Below are positions 41,579-56,770 of a stretch of DNA of 64,000 nucleotides, piece after piece (position 1 is the stretch's first letter; every line of letters starts with the position of its first letter). A program made the position numbers and the translations under genes. The notes beneath the pieces were generated by a model that was given only the letters and a program-made list of their open reading frames with translations, had not been told where the DNA came from and ran no database searches. Source of the stretch: Eledone cirrhosa (lineage: Eukaryota); NCBI GenBank assembly GCA_964016885.1, contig OZ024751.1, forward strand, positions 22,630,001 through 22,694,000. The letters are read 5' to 3'.

Positions 41579-41880
41579 GTCGTCGTCGTCGTCACCACCA
41601 CCACCACCACCACCACCACCACCACCATCATTATCATCACCACCATCATCATCATCATCATCATCATCATCCTTCTACCCCATTCTCATTTATTCAGTAC
41701 ATTTTCTTCTTCTTTTCGTTGTCCTCCTCGTCATCATCATCATCATCATTCTGCTGCTCCTCCTCCTCCTCCTCCTCCCTTCCTCCTCGCCTGCTTTCCT
41801 CTATCTCTCTCTTTCCTCCTCCACCCTCCACCACCCATCTACTCCACCCCCTTCCTCCCACCTTTCCTGTGTCTCTCTTT
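41330..41880. repeat. (CAT/CGT/CAC/CCT)n low-complexity tract
   Basis: Direct inspection. Confidence 0.88.
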
Positions 41881-42057
41881 CTCTTTTTTTTTTTCACCTG
41901 ATGATATCAATAAGTTGTCCCAGTTCACCTTTCGATCGATTTCTTTCAATTGAACCACAACAAGGTTAGAGGTGGGGGGCGGGGTAGATGGTGGAATGCA
42001 GGAGTGGGGTGAGGGTGGCAGTGAGAGGTCTATAAGTGCAGGGTACCTAAACTGGAT

Positions 42058-42241
42058 ATTGTTGTTGTTGTTGTTGTTGCTGCTGCTGCTGCTGACGGTG
42101 TTGTTATTGTTGTTGTCGATAATGTTGTTATGTTGTTGTTGTTGTTGTTGCTGACGGTGGGGTGGAGTGCGGCAGGGCAATTGTAGAAGCGGGTTGATGA
42201 TGTTGTTGTTGCTGTTGTTGTTGTTGCTTCGCTGATTCTGC

Positions 42242-42291
<50 letters not shown>

Positions 42292-42364
42292 CAGCAGCAG
42301 TAGTAGCAGGAGAAACAGTAGTAGTAGTAGTAGTAGTAGCAGTAGCAGCAGTAGCAGCAGCAGC

Positions 42365-42423
<59 letters not shown>

Positions 42424-42530
42424 AAATTGTTGTTCTTGCATTCGCTGTTGATGCTATTTTACAGTTGCTGGTGTTGTTTGCGGGGGTAGCAATAGTTGTT
42501 GTTGTTGTTGTTGTTGTTGCTGTTGTTGTC
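42058..42530. repeat. (TTG)n and (AGT)n tracts
   Basis: Direct inspection. Confidence 0.88.
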
Positions 42531-42906
42531 ATCAATTAAAAATCACAAATAAAATGTCAAATTTCAATGTTCATTAAAGCTAGTAAAGATAATTATCAAG
42601 AGCTAGGGATTATTAATTCTCTTTTCACCTACTCTACCCTGCTCCCACTGCAGATACCCCGCCGCTAATGCACTCCACCACACCAGTGCTGCATCTCAAA
42701 CTCGCCATGGTAGAGGAAAAGGTATAACAGAATTATAGAAATGGATAAATTAATTAATTAATTAACAGATTAATAAATAAATAAATAAATAAATAAATAA
42801 GGGTGTAGGGTTTTATAAAAGTCCACCCTTTTCTTTCTATTCTGTTCACGAGTTCATGTGTGTGTTTGTGTATTCGAACATGCACACAATATGTACTCAA
42901 GGACTC

Positions 42907-43047
<141 letters not shown>

Positions 43048-43117
43048 ATATATTGTTATATTTGGGGAAGGTGATATTGTTATAATATTGCTAGAAATAA
43101 TAATAAACCACACTCGC

Positions 43118-43187
<70 letters not shown>

Positions 43188-43300
43188 TGTCTGTGTGTAT
43201 TCTATTGTTAATGGCTGAAACGCATGCATAAGACCTTCTGTTGTCCAGCTTACACCAGAGGTTCTTGTTTCTTTACAAACACAGACGCATACATACATAC

Positions 43301-43340
<40 letters not shown>

Positions 43341-43949
43341 CGACTGCAAGAACAATAGTAACGATAACGGCTCGAATGACAGTAATAACAACCACAGAAG
43401 CAGCAGTAGCAACGCAGTAGCAACAGCAACAACAACTGCAACAAGAAAAACCACAACCATTTTTTCAGCAACGGAAAACTCGCAACAACAACAACAAAAA
43501 AAAAGACACAAGAACAAAAGACACATAAAAAGCAATTAAAATTAACCAAAAAAAAAAGCTAAGAAAAAAATGAAAAAAATAAATATTAACAAACTAAATA
43601 TAAATAAGCAAAAAAAAAAAAAAACAAGAAAAACCAAAACAAGGAGAATTTCTAAAGTTACCATTCTTTTACTAATGGAATGACAAAAATAAAGGAAGCA
43701 AGGATTGAATAAATGTTAAATGGAAAGTCTTCCTGTTTTGACATAGTTCTTAGTTTTCCTTACAAGCAGCATTTTCCCTCCTAGAAGCTAACAAGTAGAT
43801 TGCAGTGACGTACATTGTAATGTCAAATGTGGACGCCATTTTGAACGAGAGGCAAACCTTGAAAAAATAAGGTTTGTTGTTTTTACCTTCGGAGAAGATA
43901 ATATAATGTTAAGTGCTGCGAGGTATTGTGTTAGGTTTCTGTATGTGTT

Positions 43950-44022
<73 letters not shown>

Positions 44023-44506
44023 AGGGGGGATGTGTGTGTAGGTGTGGGAGTTGTGTGTGAGAGAGTGTGTGTATGTGTGTGGAGGATGGTGTGTGTTGGG
44101 GTGTAGGGGGAGTTGTGTGTGAGAGTGTGTGTGTATGTGTGTGGGGGTGTGGGGCTTGTGTGTGTGAGGGGGGAGGGGGGTTGTATGTGTGTGTGAGAGA
44201 GAGAGTGTGTGTATGTGTGTATGTGTGTATGTGTGTGGAGGAAGGGTTGTGTGCGTGGGGTCGGGGTGGGGGTGGGGGAGTTGTGTGTAAGTGAGTGAGA
44301 GAGAGAGAGAGTGTGTGTGTGTGTGTGCATGTGGATGTGCGTCCGTGTGCATATGCGTGTGTGTGCAGGTGTGCGTGTGTGAGGGAGAGAGAGAGAGAGA
44401 AAGTGTGTGAGTGAGTATGTGGGTGAGAGGTGTGTGTGTGTATGTATAAGTGTGAGAAAGAGAGAGAGAGCGTATGTCTCTCTCTATTACTCTCTCTCAC
44501 TCACTC

Positions 44507-44549
<43 letters not shown>

Positions 44550-44859
44550 CTCTCTCTCTCTCTGGATGATTGAGTTTATGCTGAGTTTATTTATGATTTG
44601 TTTTGAAGGGGTTGGTTAATAGATTTATATATATTTTTTATTTACATACTTTCATGTGTTTCTGCAAATACACGTGCACATACACACATCCAAAGACACA
44701 CACACACACACGTATATATATATATATATATATATATGCAGAGAGAGAGAGAGGGGGGGTGGGGGCGATAAATATACATATGAAATATATAACAATAATT
44801 CAATAATAAAAGCAAGACTGACTACGTGACCAAAAACTACACACACAAACATATATATG

Positions 44860-44890
<31 letters not shown>

Positions 44891-44926
44891 GTGTGTGTGT
44901 GTGTGTGTGTGTATACACATATACAT

Positions 44927-44958
<32 letters not shown>

Positions 44959-45006
44959 TCATAGAGTGAGAAGTAGTGCATACAGTAGTTAACTTAATAT
45001 ATAATA

Positions 45007-45071
<65 letters not shown>

Positions 45072-45107
45072 AATAAATATATATATATATATATATATAA
45101 ATATTAT

Positions 45108-45342
<235 letters not shown>

Positions 45343-45595
45343 GAGAGAGAGAGGAAGAGAGAGGGTTGGTAAATGAAGTAGATAACTTAATATGTATAAT
45401 GCAGAGAGATGTAAAAAGACACATCTATATATAGAAAGCTGGTAGGATTCATCAAAGTGACACTAGAATCAGCCAATCAGTGAACAAGTTGTTCTAGATT
45501 CACAACCAAATCTCTCTGTCGTTACAATAAACATTTCAAGCGGAACGGAAAATACATTTATTTTATATTGTTTTATTGTTTTATCTGTGTTTGTT

Positions 45596-45651
<56 letters not shown>

Positions 45652-46416
45652 ATATATATATATATATATAGAAAGATTTGAATGGATACAGTTTAGTTGA
45701 AAGGAATTTATTGACACGTGTTTCTATAACAGTTACATAACCTAAAACAGCTATCTACAAACTTTTAGTTATGCAGACATTCAATATTTCAATGTTATTA
45801 TTTACTGTCATTTCATCAGAATAATATTACTGAGGACCTATTTAGTTTTTATAGAGAATATTAGGAGGGAGGGGTGAAGTTGTTAGAAGAATAGTTGAAG
45901 GAGTGGTTTTTCGATAGCAGTGAGAATTCTTGGTGGCAGTGAGTAATTAGATTCCCATCTGTTGTTTTGACATTTTTTATAGAATATATTATTGGTTATT
46001 TTTCTAAATCTATAGAAGGATTAGAGATAGTAAAGATATGCGTGGTTGGTTTTGTGTTTGCACTTAATTAACATTCAGACTTAAATTTTTCTTTCAAGTG
46101 TACGTATCCTTTCACCCACGCATTCACACACAAATATATTTGCACACCTCTACAAAATACATATACTCACAATTCACATATTCATACTTACATATATATA
46201 CACATGCATACACATATATATACACACATGTATTCATATACATACATACGCGCTCATGTGTATACATTTTCATACTCAACTTATCTTTATATACACACGT
46301 ATAGACACACTCATATATACATACATACTCTAGTCCATGTGTACACACATACACATACTTACACATCCATATACACATATATACATACATATATATATAC
46401 ACATATATATATATAC

Positions 46417-46497
<81 letters not shown>

Positions 46498-46831
46498 CAT
46501 ACATACATACACATACACATACACACACATACATACATATATATATATAAGCACTTTAATACATGAATACACTTACATCTAACTATACACATCAAACATA
46601 TATATATATTTACTTATTTATATACATTTTCACATATATATACATACTTATGGACGTTTTTAGATACATTCATTATCGCATATTTGTACCTATTCTCATC
46701 AGCATATCTTTTCATTATTAGTATGGTAATTTAAGGTTATTAATATATGTTGAGAAGAGATTGTTTTTATATTTTTCTAACTAGATTAAGGTTTATATAG
46801 TTGGGGGATGTCCCTCTTTTATGTAATATTC

Positions 46832-46969
46832 TGCAAATTGTGTAATCTTGAGATTTATTACATAATCACACACAAGAAGAAACTGCTGAATAACAGAATT
46901 GAACGAACATTATTCTGCCGTCACAGAACTAAAACCCTTTTTTCCCACTACAAGCCGAATATTACATAA
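46832..46969 (+). pseudogene. C-terminal 45 codons of a PLE ORF (end of the GIY-YIG endonuclease region)
   Basis: CKLCNLEIYYIITHKKKLLNNRIERTLFCRHRTKTLFSHYKPNIT* matches the CxLC..E...I...LLNxRxE...CRH pattern of invertebrate PLEs (Hydra-clade-like, from recall). Confidence 0.78.
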
Positions 46970-47290
46970 AAGAGGGACATCCCCCAACTATATAAACCTT
47001 AATCTAGTTAGAAAAATATAAAAACAATCTCTTCTCAACATATATTAATAACCTTAAATTACCATACTAATAATGAAAAGATATGCTGATGAGAATAGGT
47101 ACAAATATGCGATAATGAATGTATCTAAAAACGTCCATAAGTATGTATATATATGTGAAAATGTATATAAATAAGTAAATATATATATATGTTTGATGTG
47201 TATAGTTAGATGTAAGTGTATTCATGTATTAAAGTGCTTATATATATATATGTATGTATGTGTGTGTATGTGTATGTGTATGTATGTATG

Positions 47291-47369
<79 letters not shown>

Positions 47370-47962
47370 GTATATATATATATGTGTATATATATATGTA
47401 TGTATATATGTGTATATGGATGTGTAAGTATGTGTATGTGTGTACACATGGACTAGAGTATGTATGTATATATGAGTGTGTCTATACGTGTGTATATAAA
47501 GATAAGTTGAGTATGAAAATGTATACACATGAGCGCGTATGTATGTATATGAATACATGTGTGTATATATATGTGTATGCATGTGTATATATATGTAAGT
47601 ATGAATATGTGAATTGTGAGTATATGTATTTTGTAGAGGTGTGCAAATATATTTGTGTGTGAATGCGTGGGTGAAAGGATACGTACACTTGAAAGAAAAA
47701 TTTAAGTCTGAATGTTAATTAAGTGCAAACACAAAACCAACCACGCATATCTTTACTATCTCTAATCCTTCTATAGATTTAGAAAAATAACCAATAATAT
47801 ATTCTATAAAAAATGTCAAAACAACAGATGGGAATCTAATTACTCACTGCCACCAAGAATTCTCACTGCTATCGAAAAACCACTCCTTCAACTATTCTTC
47901 TAACAACTTCACCCCTCCCTCCTAATATTCTCTATAAAAACTAAATAGGTCCTCAGTAATAT

Positions 47963-48008
47963 TATTCTGATGAAATGACAGTAAATAATAACATTGAAAT
48001 ATTGAATG
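47963..48008 (+). ncRNA. Hammerhead-like motif in the PLE pseudo-LTR (mirror copy at 45778-45823, minus strand)
   Basis: tatt-CTGATGA-AATG...CATT-GAAA-tattg-aatg; stem III and the cleavage triplet are non-canonical. Confidence 0.55.
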
Positions 48009-48225
48009 TCTGCATAACTAAAAGTTTGTAGATAGCTGTTTTAGGTTATGTAACTGTTATAGAAACACGTGTCAATAAATTCCTTTCAACTAAACTGTAT
48101 CCATTCAAATCTTTCTATTTTTCTCCGGATTACTTTTGGAACTACAACTGGAACCGTCGAGCAAACTCTACGTGAGCTGATAATCTACTGTGTGTAATAT
48201 TTATATTACAACACAACGGAAAATA

Positions 48226-48386
<161 letters not shown>

Positions 48387-48463
48387 TATTTTGATACTTA
48401 TGTAAATATGATTGTGTGTGTACCTGAGATACATAAGTATATTTGTGTATATATACTTATGTA

Positions 48464-48493
<30 letters not shown>

Positions 48494-48496
<3 letters not shown>

Positions 48497-48630
48497 GGAA
48501 AAAGTATGACCCCCGACGTCAGAGCTCTGCCGTCGGGGTCATACTTTTTCCTACTACTCACTCTACTACCCTAAGTATTGAGTACTCTGGTGCGTTATGG
48601 TTCATCTGGTTCCTTACCATAACTGCTTCG

Positions 48631-48632
<2 letters not shown>
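48494..48632 (+). mobile_element. Family P element with a short fold-back turning at GAGCTC
   Basis: aggaaaaagtatgaccccc.gacg.cagag|ctctgccgtcggggtcatactttttcct plus the P tail. Confidence 0.88.
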
Positions 48633-48684
<52 letters not shown>

Positions 48685-48685
48685 C

Positions 48686-48734
<49 letters not shown>

Positions 48735-49209
48735 TGAGTGAAAGAGAGAGACAGACATTCATGCGTGTGTGTGTGTGTATGCGTGTATGGCTGTGTGTGT
48801 GTGTGTGTGTGTATTGAAAAGACCGAAATCCTTTGAGGACTTGATAATGTATATAAAGATAGAGCAAATAATTCTTCGAGAACGAGAGAGAGAGAGAGAG
48901 AGAGAGAGAAGGAAAAAGATAAAGCAAGAGAAAAAGGAGAGAATGTGATAAAGAAACAAAGCTAGAGAGACAGAGAGAAGAAAGATAAAACTAGGGACAG
49001 AAGGAGAGAGACATTGGGAGAGAGAGAGGAGGGGAGGGGGCGAAAAAGAAAGAAAGCAAGATATATAGAAAGAAATATATAAAGAAAGCAAGCAAGAAAG
49101 AAAGACATAAAGAAAGAACGAAAAAAAGAGATATAGAAAGAAGTAGGCAAAGAAAGAACGAAAGAAAGAAATAAAGATAGAAGGAGACAAAGAAAGAAAG
49201 AATGAAAGA

Positions 49210-49570
49210 AAGACATAAAAGAGAAGGAGACAAAGAAAGACAGAGACAAAGGAAGAAAGACATAAAAAAGAAAGAGACAAAGAAAGAGACAAAGGAAGAA
49301 AGACATAAAAAAGAAGGAGACAAAGAAAGAGACAAAGGAAGAAAGACATAAAAAGAAAGAGACAAAGAAAGAGACAAAGGAAGAAAGACATAAAAAAGAA
49401 AGAGACAAAGAAAGAGACAAAGGAAGAAAGACATAAAAAAGAAAGAGACAAAGAAAGAGACAAAGGAAGAAAGACCAAAAAAAAGAAAGAGACAAAGAAA
49501 GAGACAAAGGAAGAAAGACATAAAAAAGAAGGAGACAAAGAAAGAGACAGACAAAGGAAGAAAGAAACAC
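49210..49570. repeat. A/G-rich tandem repeat of about 43 bp
   Basis: gacataaaaaagaa.gagacaaagaaagagacaaaggaagaaa repeated about 8 times. Confidence 0.9.
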
Positions 49571-49960
49571 ATAGACGAAGAAAAAATGAAAGAAAAGTGT
49601 ATAATTGTTTGTTAAAAACTGCAATAGAAAGTCTTTCCATTACAAGTTTCAACTGTTAGTGATATCCAGATCTTGGCCAGAGATGTTTTATAAACTAATT
49701 TAGAACAATTCCTCTCTCAAATGGCTGCTTTAATCGTTTAATCGTTTCTATCTAGCCATTACTGGTGTCAGGTGTTTCTGTATTTATTATTAATAAACTT
49801 TTATTCTCAACACCACCTCCATTTCTCTCTTTGTCTCGCCCTATCTTTCTCTCTCTCTCTCTCTCTCTCACTCTCTCTCTCTCTCTCTGTTGTGTCTCGC
49901 TCTTTCCCCCATCATCACCATTCGTCTCTCCTTTGTCTCGGGAGAATTTCGATTGTACCA

Positions 49961-50012
<52 letters not shown>

Positions 50013-50058
50013 TGTATATTATATGTATGAATATATAAATAAATATATATATATATAC

Positions 50059-50101
<43 letters not shown>

Positions 50102-50664
50102 AATAACATACATACATACATACATACATACACAGATACACACATACATACATACATACATACATACATACATACATACATACATACATACATACATACA
50201 TACAATATAACTCTTGCCTTAGAGATCTAAGGACACAATAGTCTTGCAACAACAACAATTGCTACAACAATTACTACACACAAACATTTCTAAATACAGC
50301 TCCACAGTCGACCGACATTATGAGAAGAATATTTATTCCTTTCATTCTCATCAAGAATCTATTTTGTTGAAATCTCGCGGGAGGATTTACAGTAATTCCA
50401 TAGCAGATAACAGTAACAGAGATTCTACAAAATATATCCCGGTCCCTTGGCTTAATATTTCAAAGCACCTAGCCGGTATCTGAGAGATAGGAGGTTCCGT
50501 TTCTCGTAACGGTCAATGGCAGCTTCTTTTACCGTCTTTAAGTGTCTTCATCCTATTTTATAAGCTATGTTGTAGCATCTCCCTGCCTGCATAAGTGCAC
50601 CGCTCTTTACATTATCTTTGTCTCCTCAGCGCTTCATAAAAAGTCTGAGAGATCGGCTATGCGT

Positions 50665-51030
50665 TGGATCTTCGTCGGTTCCGACGATGAAGGGTTCTGT
50701 AATTCGAATAAACAACTTCATCGTGAAATTAAAGTGCAAATGGTTGATCATTCCACAGACACGTGTACCCTTACTCAGGGAGAATCTAAGTGACACAGTA
50801 TGTGGCAAACCTGGCTTTTTGAACTGCAGGTATAAGGTGGAGGAATGTTGGCTTTGACAAAGCGTGCTCCAATTGTTAATTCAACGGAAGAGTCTGCTCG
50901 TGAAATTAACGTGAAAGTGGTTGAGCATTGCACAGACACGTATATCAGTAACGTAGTTCTCAGGGAGATTCAATGAGATAAAGAGTGTGACCTGACTAAC
51001 CATTTGAATTACAGGTACAGCTCATTTGTA
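50665..51030 (-). mobile_element. Two SINE family B 3' fragments
   Basis: cgtgaaattaa.gtg.aa.tggttga.catt.cacagacacgt occurs twice. Confidence 0.75.
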
Positions 51031-51099
51031 TTACAAGCTTAGTAGATAGAAACATCATGAAAGAGATATAGTGGGAAAATCGATCCTAGTATTGGACTG

Positions 51100-51482
51100 A
51101 AATATTTATTTATCGACTTTGAAAATTTGAAAGGTTAATTTGATCTTGGCGGGATTTGAACTCACAGCGCAGTGAACCAGAACGAATACCGCAAAGAATT
51201 CTATCCGACGTTCGAGGCTAAGGTGATCTTGGTGAGATTTGAACTCACGACTCAGAGAGCCAGAACGAATACTGCAAAGCATTTTATCTGATGTTATAAC
51301 GACTCTGTTGATCTTGGTGGGATTTAAACTCATGGTGCAGTGAGCCGGAACGAATACCGCAAAGAATTCTATCTGACGTTGAAGTGACCTTGGTGAGATT
51401 TGAACTCACGACGCAGAGAGCCAGAATCATGCTGCAAAGTATTCTATCTGACGTTATAACGACTCCGTCACTCCACCGCCTA
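51100..51482 (-). mobile_element. SINE A relative with four tandem tRNA-like heads
   Basis: gattt.aactca B boxes near 51153, 51236, 51321 and 51396. Confidence 0.75.
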
Positions 51483-51534
51483 TCCGTGTAAGATCATGGA
51501 AATATATATTCTACCACAGAATATATTTATTAAG

Positions 51535-51895
51535 AATCAACAGAATAAGAAAATAAGTATCGTAAGAATAAACGAACAGGAATCAAGAGAAGAAGAGAAT
51601 GACATCGTAAGAATAAAAGAACTAAGAATCAAGAGAAGAAGAGAATGACATCGTAAGAATAAAAGAATGAGAATCAACAGAATAAGGAAATAAGTATCCC
51701 AATAATCAAGAAAAGAGAAAATAAGTATCGTAAGAATAAAAGAACCAAGAATCAAGAGAAGAGAATGAAATCGTAAGAATAAAAGAACAAGTAAGTAAGA
51801 AAATAACTATCGTAAGAATAAAATAACAAGAACCAAGAAAAGAGAATAACATCGTAAGAATAAAAGAATGAGAATCAGGAGAATAAGAGAATGAC
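51535..51895. repeat. Degenerate tandem repeat of about 45 bp (ATCGTAAGAATAAAAGAA)
   Basis: About 8 copies. Confidence 0.85.
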
Positions 51896-51941
51896 AACTG
51901 CCCTTGAAATTTATTAATATATAACTGAGAAATATATAAAA

Positions 51942-52133
51942 GGGGCGGTGGATTGGCAGTATCGGTAGAGGGTCGGATGCCATGTTTTCCAGCATAGTTA
52001 CGTCCCTTTACGGTCTGAGTTCAAATCCCACCGAGGTTAATTTTGCCTTTCATCCTTACGGGGTTGATAAAATAAAGTACCAGTAATACATCGGGGTAAC
52101 TGCTGGGCTTGTGCCAAAAGTAGAAACAATTAT
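51942..52133 (+). mobile_element. SINE family A, full length
   Basis: ggggcggtggattggcagtatcggtaga...gtagaaacaatta. Confidence 0.93.
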
Positions 52134-52204
52134 TTAATGACTGTATTTCTATTCCAATTTCTCATCTTTCGTGATGTTTATTATTTCTCACAGCATGGCG
52201 TCCA

Positions 52205-53075
52205 TATATGTGTATGTACTTATATGTATGTGTACTTATATGTGTGGTTTTTATATGTGTTTATATGTTTGTATGTGTGGTGATATATGTATCTAGAGGT
52301 GTGTGTATATGTGTTTAGAGTTGTGTATATATGTGTTTATAGGTGTGTTTGCATGTGTGTTTGTAGGTGTATGTAGTTTATATGTGTGCGTGTGTGTGTT
52401 TATAGGTATGTTTATATATGTGTATAGGTTTATGTGTGTGTCTTTATGTATGTGTGTTTATAGCTGTCTTTGAATGTGTTTTTGTATGTAAGTATATAGG
52501 TGTGCGTGTGTGTGTGTATTTGTATGTGAGTTTATATATGTGTGTATAGGTGTATTTGTATGTGTGTTTATATGTGTGTATATGTGTAGTTCTGTATATA
52601 TTTACAGGTGTGTAAATATATGTTTATAGCTGTGTTTGCATGTGTGTTTATAGGTGTGTTTATATATATATATGTTTAAATGTATGTGTATATGTGTGTA
52701 TATAGGTGGGCTTGTGTGTGTGTTTATAGGTGTGTTTATATGTGTTTAAATGTATGTGTATATGTGTGTATATGTATGTTTATAGGTGTGTTTGTATGTG
52801 TGTTTTATACATAGCATATATATAGTTTGCATGTAGTTTATTTTTATGGTGTATATGTGGTTTATATGGGGTTTATAAATATAATATTTATGGCATATGT
52901 GTACTATATACACGTTTATATGTCTGCTTTGTGTGGTTATATGTGTGGTTTATGTATAGTTTATATGTGGTTTGTGTGTGTAATATATGTGGTTTGTGCA
53001 TAGTTTATATGTGGTTTGTGTGTGTTTTATGTGTTGTTTGTGTGTGGTTTGTATGCGGTTTAAATGTGGTTTATA
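52205..53075. repeat. Degenerate (TG/TA)n tract
   Basis: Direct inspection. Confidence 0.9.
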
Positions 53076-53324
53076 AAAATCAAACTTTACCCAAGAGAAA
53101 GATTTAATGATGAAAATTTTCTCAGTTTATTTCTCTATTAAAACTTTAATGTCATTCGTAGTAATAAATTATGAAGAGGCGAGATGATAGAAATACCATG
53201 AGATATTTCCACCGTTTTACTTAGACTGAGAAGTACCCGAGGCTTGAGACGCATGAGGCAGCCAAAGGGCTCCAATGCAACGTTCGATGTTTGTTCACAG
53301 ATTTCTTGACTGTCTACGTGTGTG

Positions 53325-53430
<106 letters not shown>

Positions 53431-53447
53431 CAAAGAGTGAAATTTTG

Positions 53448-53509
53448 TATTTTATCTGATGAGAGTGTACCAAAGTTTTTGGTACCCTTGAAATATATAT
53501 AATAAAATA
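53448..53509 (+). ncRNA. Minimal type I hammerhead ribozyme (family Q variant)
   Basis: tattttat-CTGATGA-gagt-GTACCAAA(gttt)TTTGGTAC-type stem-GAAA-T(ATAT)A-TA-ataaaata; perfect 8 bp stem I, palindromic loop III. Confidence 0.87.
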
Positions 53510-53551
53510 AATATGGTTTTATAAATATAGTTTCCATTTATTAATATCATT

Positions 53552-53586
<35 letters not shown>

Positions 53587-53821
53587 GGGGGGGGGGGGGA
53601 GACAGAGAGAGAGGTAGGATTGGAAACAGTAATGCACTGGTTTCCAATCCTACGTTTTCTCTAAAACCTTTAAAAACTCCCTTTTCCAAAAAAAAAAAAA
53701 TATATATATATATATATGTGAGAGTGTGTGTGTGTGTGTTCGCTTCTGTGTGTGTGACTTAGACTTTGAAGCTCTTGCGTCTTGAGACACGAGGTAGCCA
53801 AAGTGGTCCAATGACCACAGT

Positions 53822-53905
53822 CTCGACTCAGAGAGTAGAGAATCGAAAGGAATATCACAAAGCATTCCATACGATGTTCTAACGACTCTGCCAATTCACC
53901 GTCTT
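53822..53905 (-). mobile_element. Degenerate SINE A 5' head
   Basis: tctaacgactctgccaattcaccg. Confidence 0.6.
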
Positions 53906-54407
53906 TCTCACAGTATATTTTCGACGAACCTTTTATTGGATATTCTAAAGATTAGAAGGGTTAATTGGTGGTTTCCTTCTCAGCGTACACATTTTATTGT
54001 TATCTACAAAACAACGTTACTTGATGCATCAGAGCAAATGCTGGTAAGATACTGGTGGAATATGTAACATATATTGCACATAAGGAAGGAATTAATACAA
54101 ACTGCAACTGATAAGAAAGGTAGATGTAGAGATGAGGTACGGGTTATCAGTGGGCAAACTAATTTAACTAGGCTGTGATAATATCCGGTATAGTCAGGTA
54201 AGTAATGTTCCACCTTGGGACATGACTCAGCAAATACATACATATGTATACACACATACATATATACATACATACAAAGAAATACACACACACACATGCC
54301 AATATATATATTATATATATTTATCACATATATATATATCCATCCATACGTATATATCACAACGTGCAAATGTGTGTATGTGTGTGTGTGCGTGTGTGCG
54401 TGTGCGT

Positions 54408-54449
<42 letters not shown>

Positions 54450-54580
54450 GTGTGCGTGTGTGTGTGTATGCGCGCGCGTGCGCGTGCAGAGTAATGACTA
54501 AAGACTAATGACTGCAGACGCGATTTGAAGGCCAAAACTTCGAAGTCACAAACAAATTTTTCGTTGAAATTCACACGCAC

Positions 54581-54631
<51 letters not shown>

Positions 54632-54635
54632 CATA

Positions 54636-54700
54636 TCGAGGGTAACCACAGTAAGTAAGGCACTTCTTCTGAATGAAACAGTTCTAGCCCTGTAGAAGCC

Positions 54701-54704
<4 letters not shown>
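54636..54704. mobile_element. Family R fragments joined in opposite orientations, in (TA)n
   Basis: ggtaaccacagtaagtaagg (minus-strand tail) followed by gaatgaaacagttctag.cctgtagaagccattt (plus strand). Confidence 0.75.
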
Positions 54705-54765
<61 letters not shown>

Positions 54766-54947
54766 AATACAAATAAAGGTGTATGTATATATGAATATAT
54801 ATGCATGTGTGTATGTATGTATATTTGAATGTATAAACAAGTAGTCAGAAAGACACACAACTTTTTCTGTGTCGACAAAAATTCTTCATGGCATTATGCT
54901 GACTCGAAAAATGTATTGGAATTTATATTTTTTTTTATTTCTTCTTA

Positions 54948-55002
<55 letters not shown>

Positions 55003-55185
55003 CACACACACATATATATACATATAAGTATATATATGTATTTATATATATATGTATATATACATTCATATATATACATATTTATAAATATATGTATATA
55101 TATATATTTATATATATATGTATATATACATTCATATATATACATATTTATAAATATATGTATATATATATATTTATATATATGT

Positions 55186-55223
<38 letters not shown>

Positions 55224-55275
55224 TCATATATATACATATTTATAAATATATGTATATATATATTTATATATATGT

Positions 55276-55315
<40 letters not shown>

Positions 55316-55475
55316 TCATATATATACATATTTATAAATATATGTATATATATATTTATATATATGTTTATATGTATATATATATATATATATATGAATG
55401 TATATATATATATATATATACATTCATATATATACATATTTATAAATATATGTATATATATATTTATATATATGA

Positions 55476-55523
<48 letters not shown>

Positions 55524-55568
55524 TATATAAATATCTATATACCTGTCTATATATGCATATATATATAT

Positions 55569-55652
<84 letters not shown>

Positions 55653-55668
55653 CACACACACATACATA
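54948..55668. repeat. Interrupted (TA)n with a higher-order unit (tacattcatatatatacatatttataaat)
   Basis: About 5 copies. Confidence 0.93.
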
Positions 55669-56089
55669 TTTCGGGGATGACCTTAATACTGCAGTAGAGA
55701 TTTAGTGTCTTAGTTTGTTTGTGACAGTGCCAACCTATTTCCTGAACCTTTAACCTAGTGTTGTTGTCAAGTTGTCCCCTTCAGACACAAATATTCCTTA
55801 AGTGACATATTGTCAAAAGTCTATGAGGAATTTTCTTCCCTAAGGAAAGACAAATTCTAGCAAATACTGGCAAATATTTCCTTATAATCGTACAGAAAAC
55901 AGAAAAATGTGGTTTTTAACTGCAACTACAGCAACACCAACGCTAGCAATAACAACAACCTTATCTATACAACAATAAATTTAACAACTACAACAACACT
56001 AATAATAACAACGTCAAGTTTAACAACAGCAACGCCATCTACAACAAGAACAAGAACAAAATACTTTATAGCACCAGCACTCCCAATAA

Positions 56090-56280
56090 TAATTGTTTAT
56101 ACTTTTGGCACAAGGCCAGTAATTAAATCAGTGTATTACTGGTACTTTATTTTATCGGCCCCCGTAAGGATGAAAGGTAAAGTTAACCTCGGCGGGATTT
56201 GAACTCAGACTGTAAAGGGCCGTAACTCTATGCTGCAAAGCATGGCGTCCGACCCTCTACCGATACTGCCAATCCACTCC
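56090..56280 (-). mobile_element. SINE family A with a 16 bp target-site duplication
   Basis: cactcccaataataat at 56078-56093 and 56275-56290. Confidence 0.92.
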
Positions 56281-56299
56281 CAATAATAATAACATCTAT

Positions 56300-56770
56300 A
56301 AAACCAAGACTAACAACACCACCAACATTAACAGCAACAATAACAACAATAATAGCAACAATAACACCACCAACACCAACATGAACATCAACAACAATAC
56401 TATCTAGAACAACAACACTAACACCACCAATGTCATCTACAACAACACCACAACCACCCCCAACAACACCACCAACAAAAACGCCAACAACAACAACAAC
56501 ACCACCAACAACAACACCACCACCTCCAACAACAACACCACCACCACCAACAACAACAACAATAACAACAGCAGGGATAGGGAGACCACTATGACCACCA
56601 CCACCACCACAACAACTAACAACAACAACAACAACACCAATAACAACAAGAACCCCCCCCCCCCCCTAACACTACACCACCACCACCAATAGCAGCAACA
56701 ACAATAAGAACAACACCATGAACACCACCACAATAACAACAACAATAACAGCAACAACAAGAACAAGATG
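56300..56770. repeat. (AAC/CAC)n tract
   Basis: Direct inspection. Confidence 0.9.

Noticed and set aside
41839-42535. Poly-Q/T/N ORFs resembling a transcription-factor exon
   Set aside because: Frames are interrupted by stops and no conserved domain or convincing splice sites were seen; cannot be fully excluded without RNA-seq
43212-43285. GAAACGCATGCATAAGACC as the 3' half of an HHR
   Set aside because: No upstream CUGANGA or stem II
47085-47125. CTGATGA inside the PLE arm
   Set aside because: No stem II or GAAA in the right position
50300-50660. Possible degenerate RTE C-terminus on the minus strand (KEAAIDRYEKRNL)
   Set aside because: Only a weak single-motif resemblance
51942-52040. 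tRNA gene
   Set aside because: A and B boxes are present but spacing is long, there is no cloverleaf, and it runs into the SINE core; the same applies to all family A and B heads
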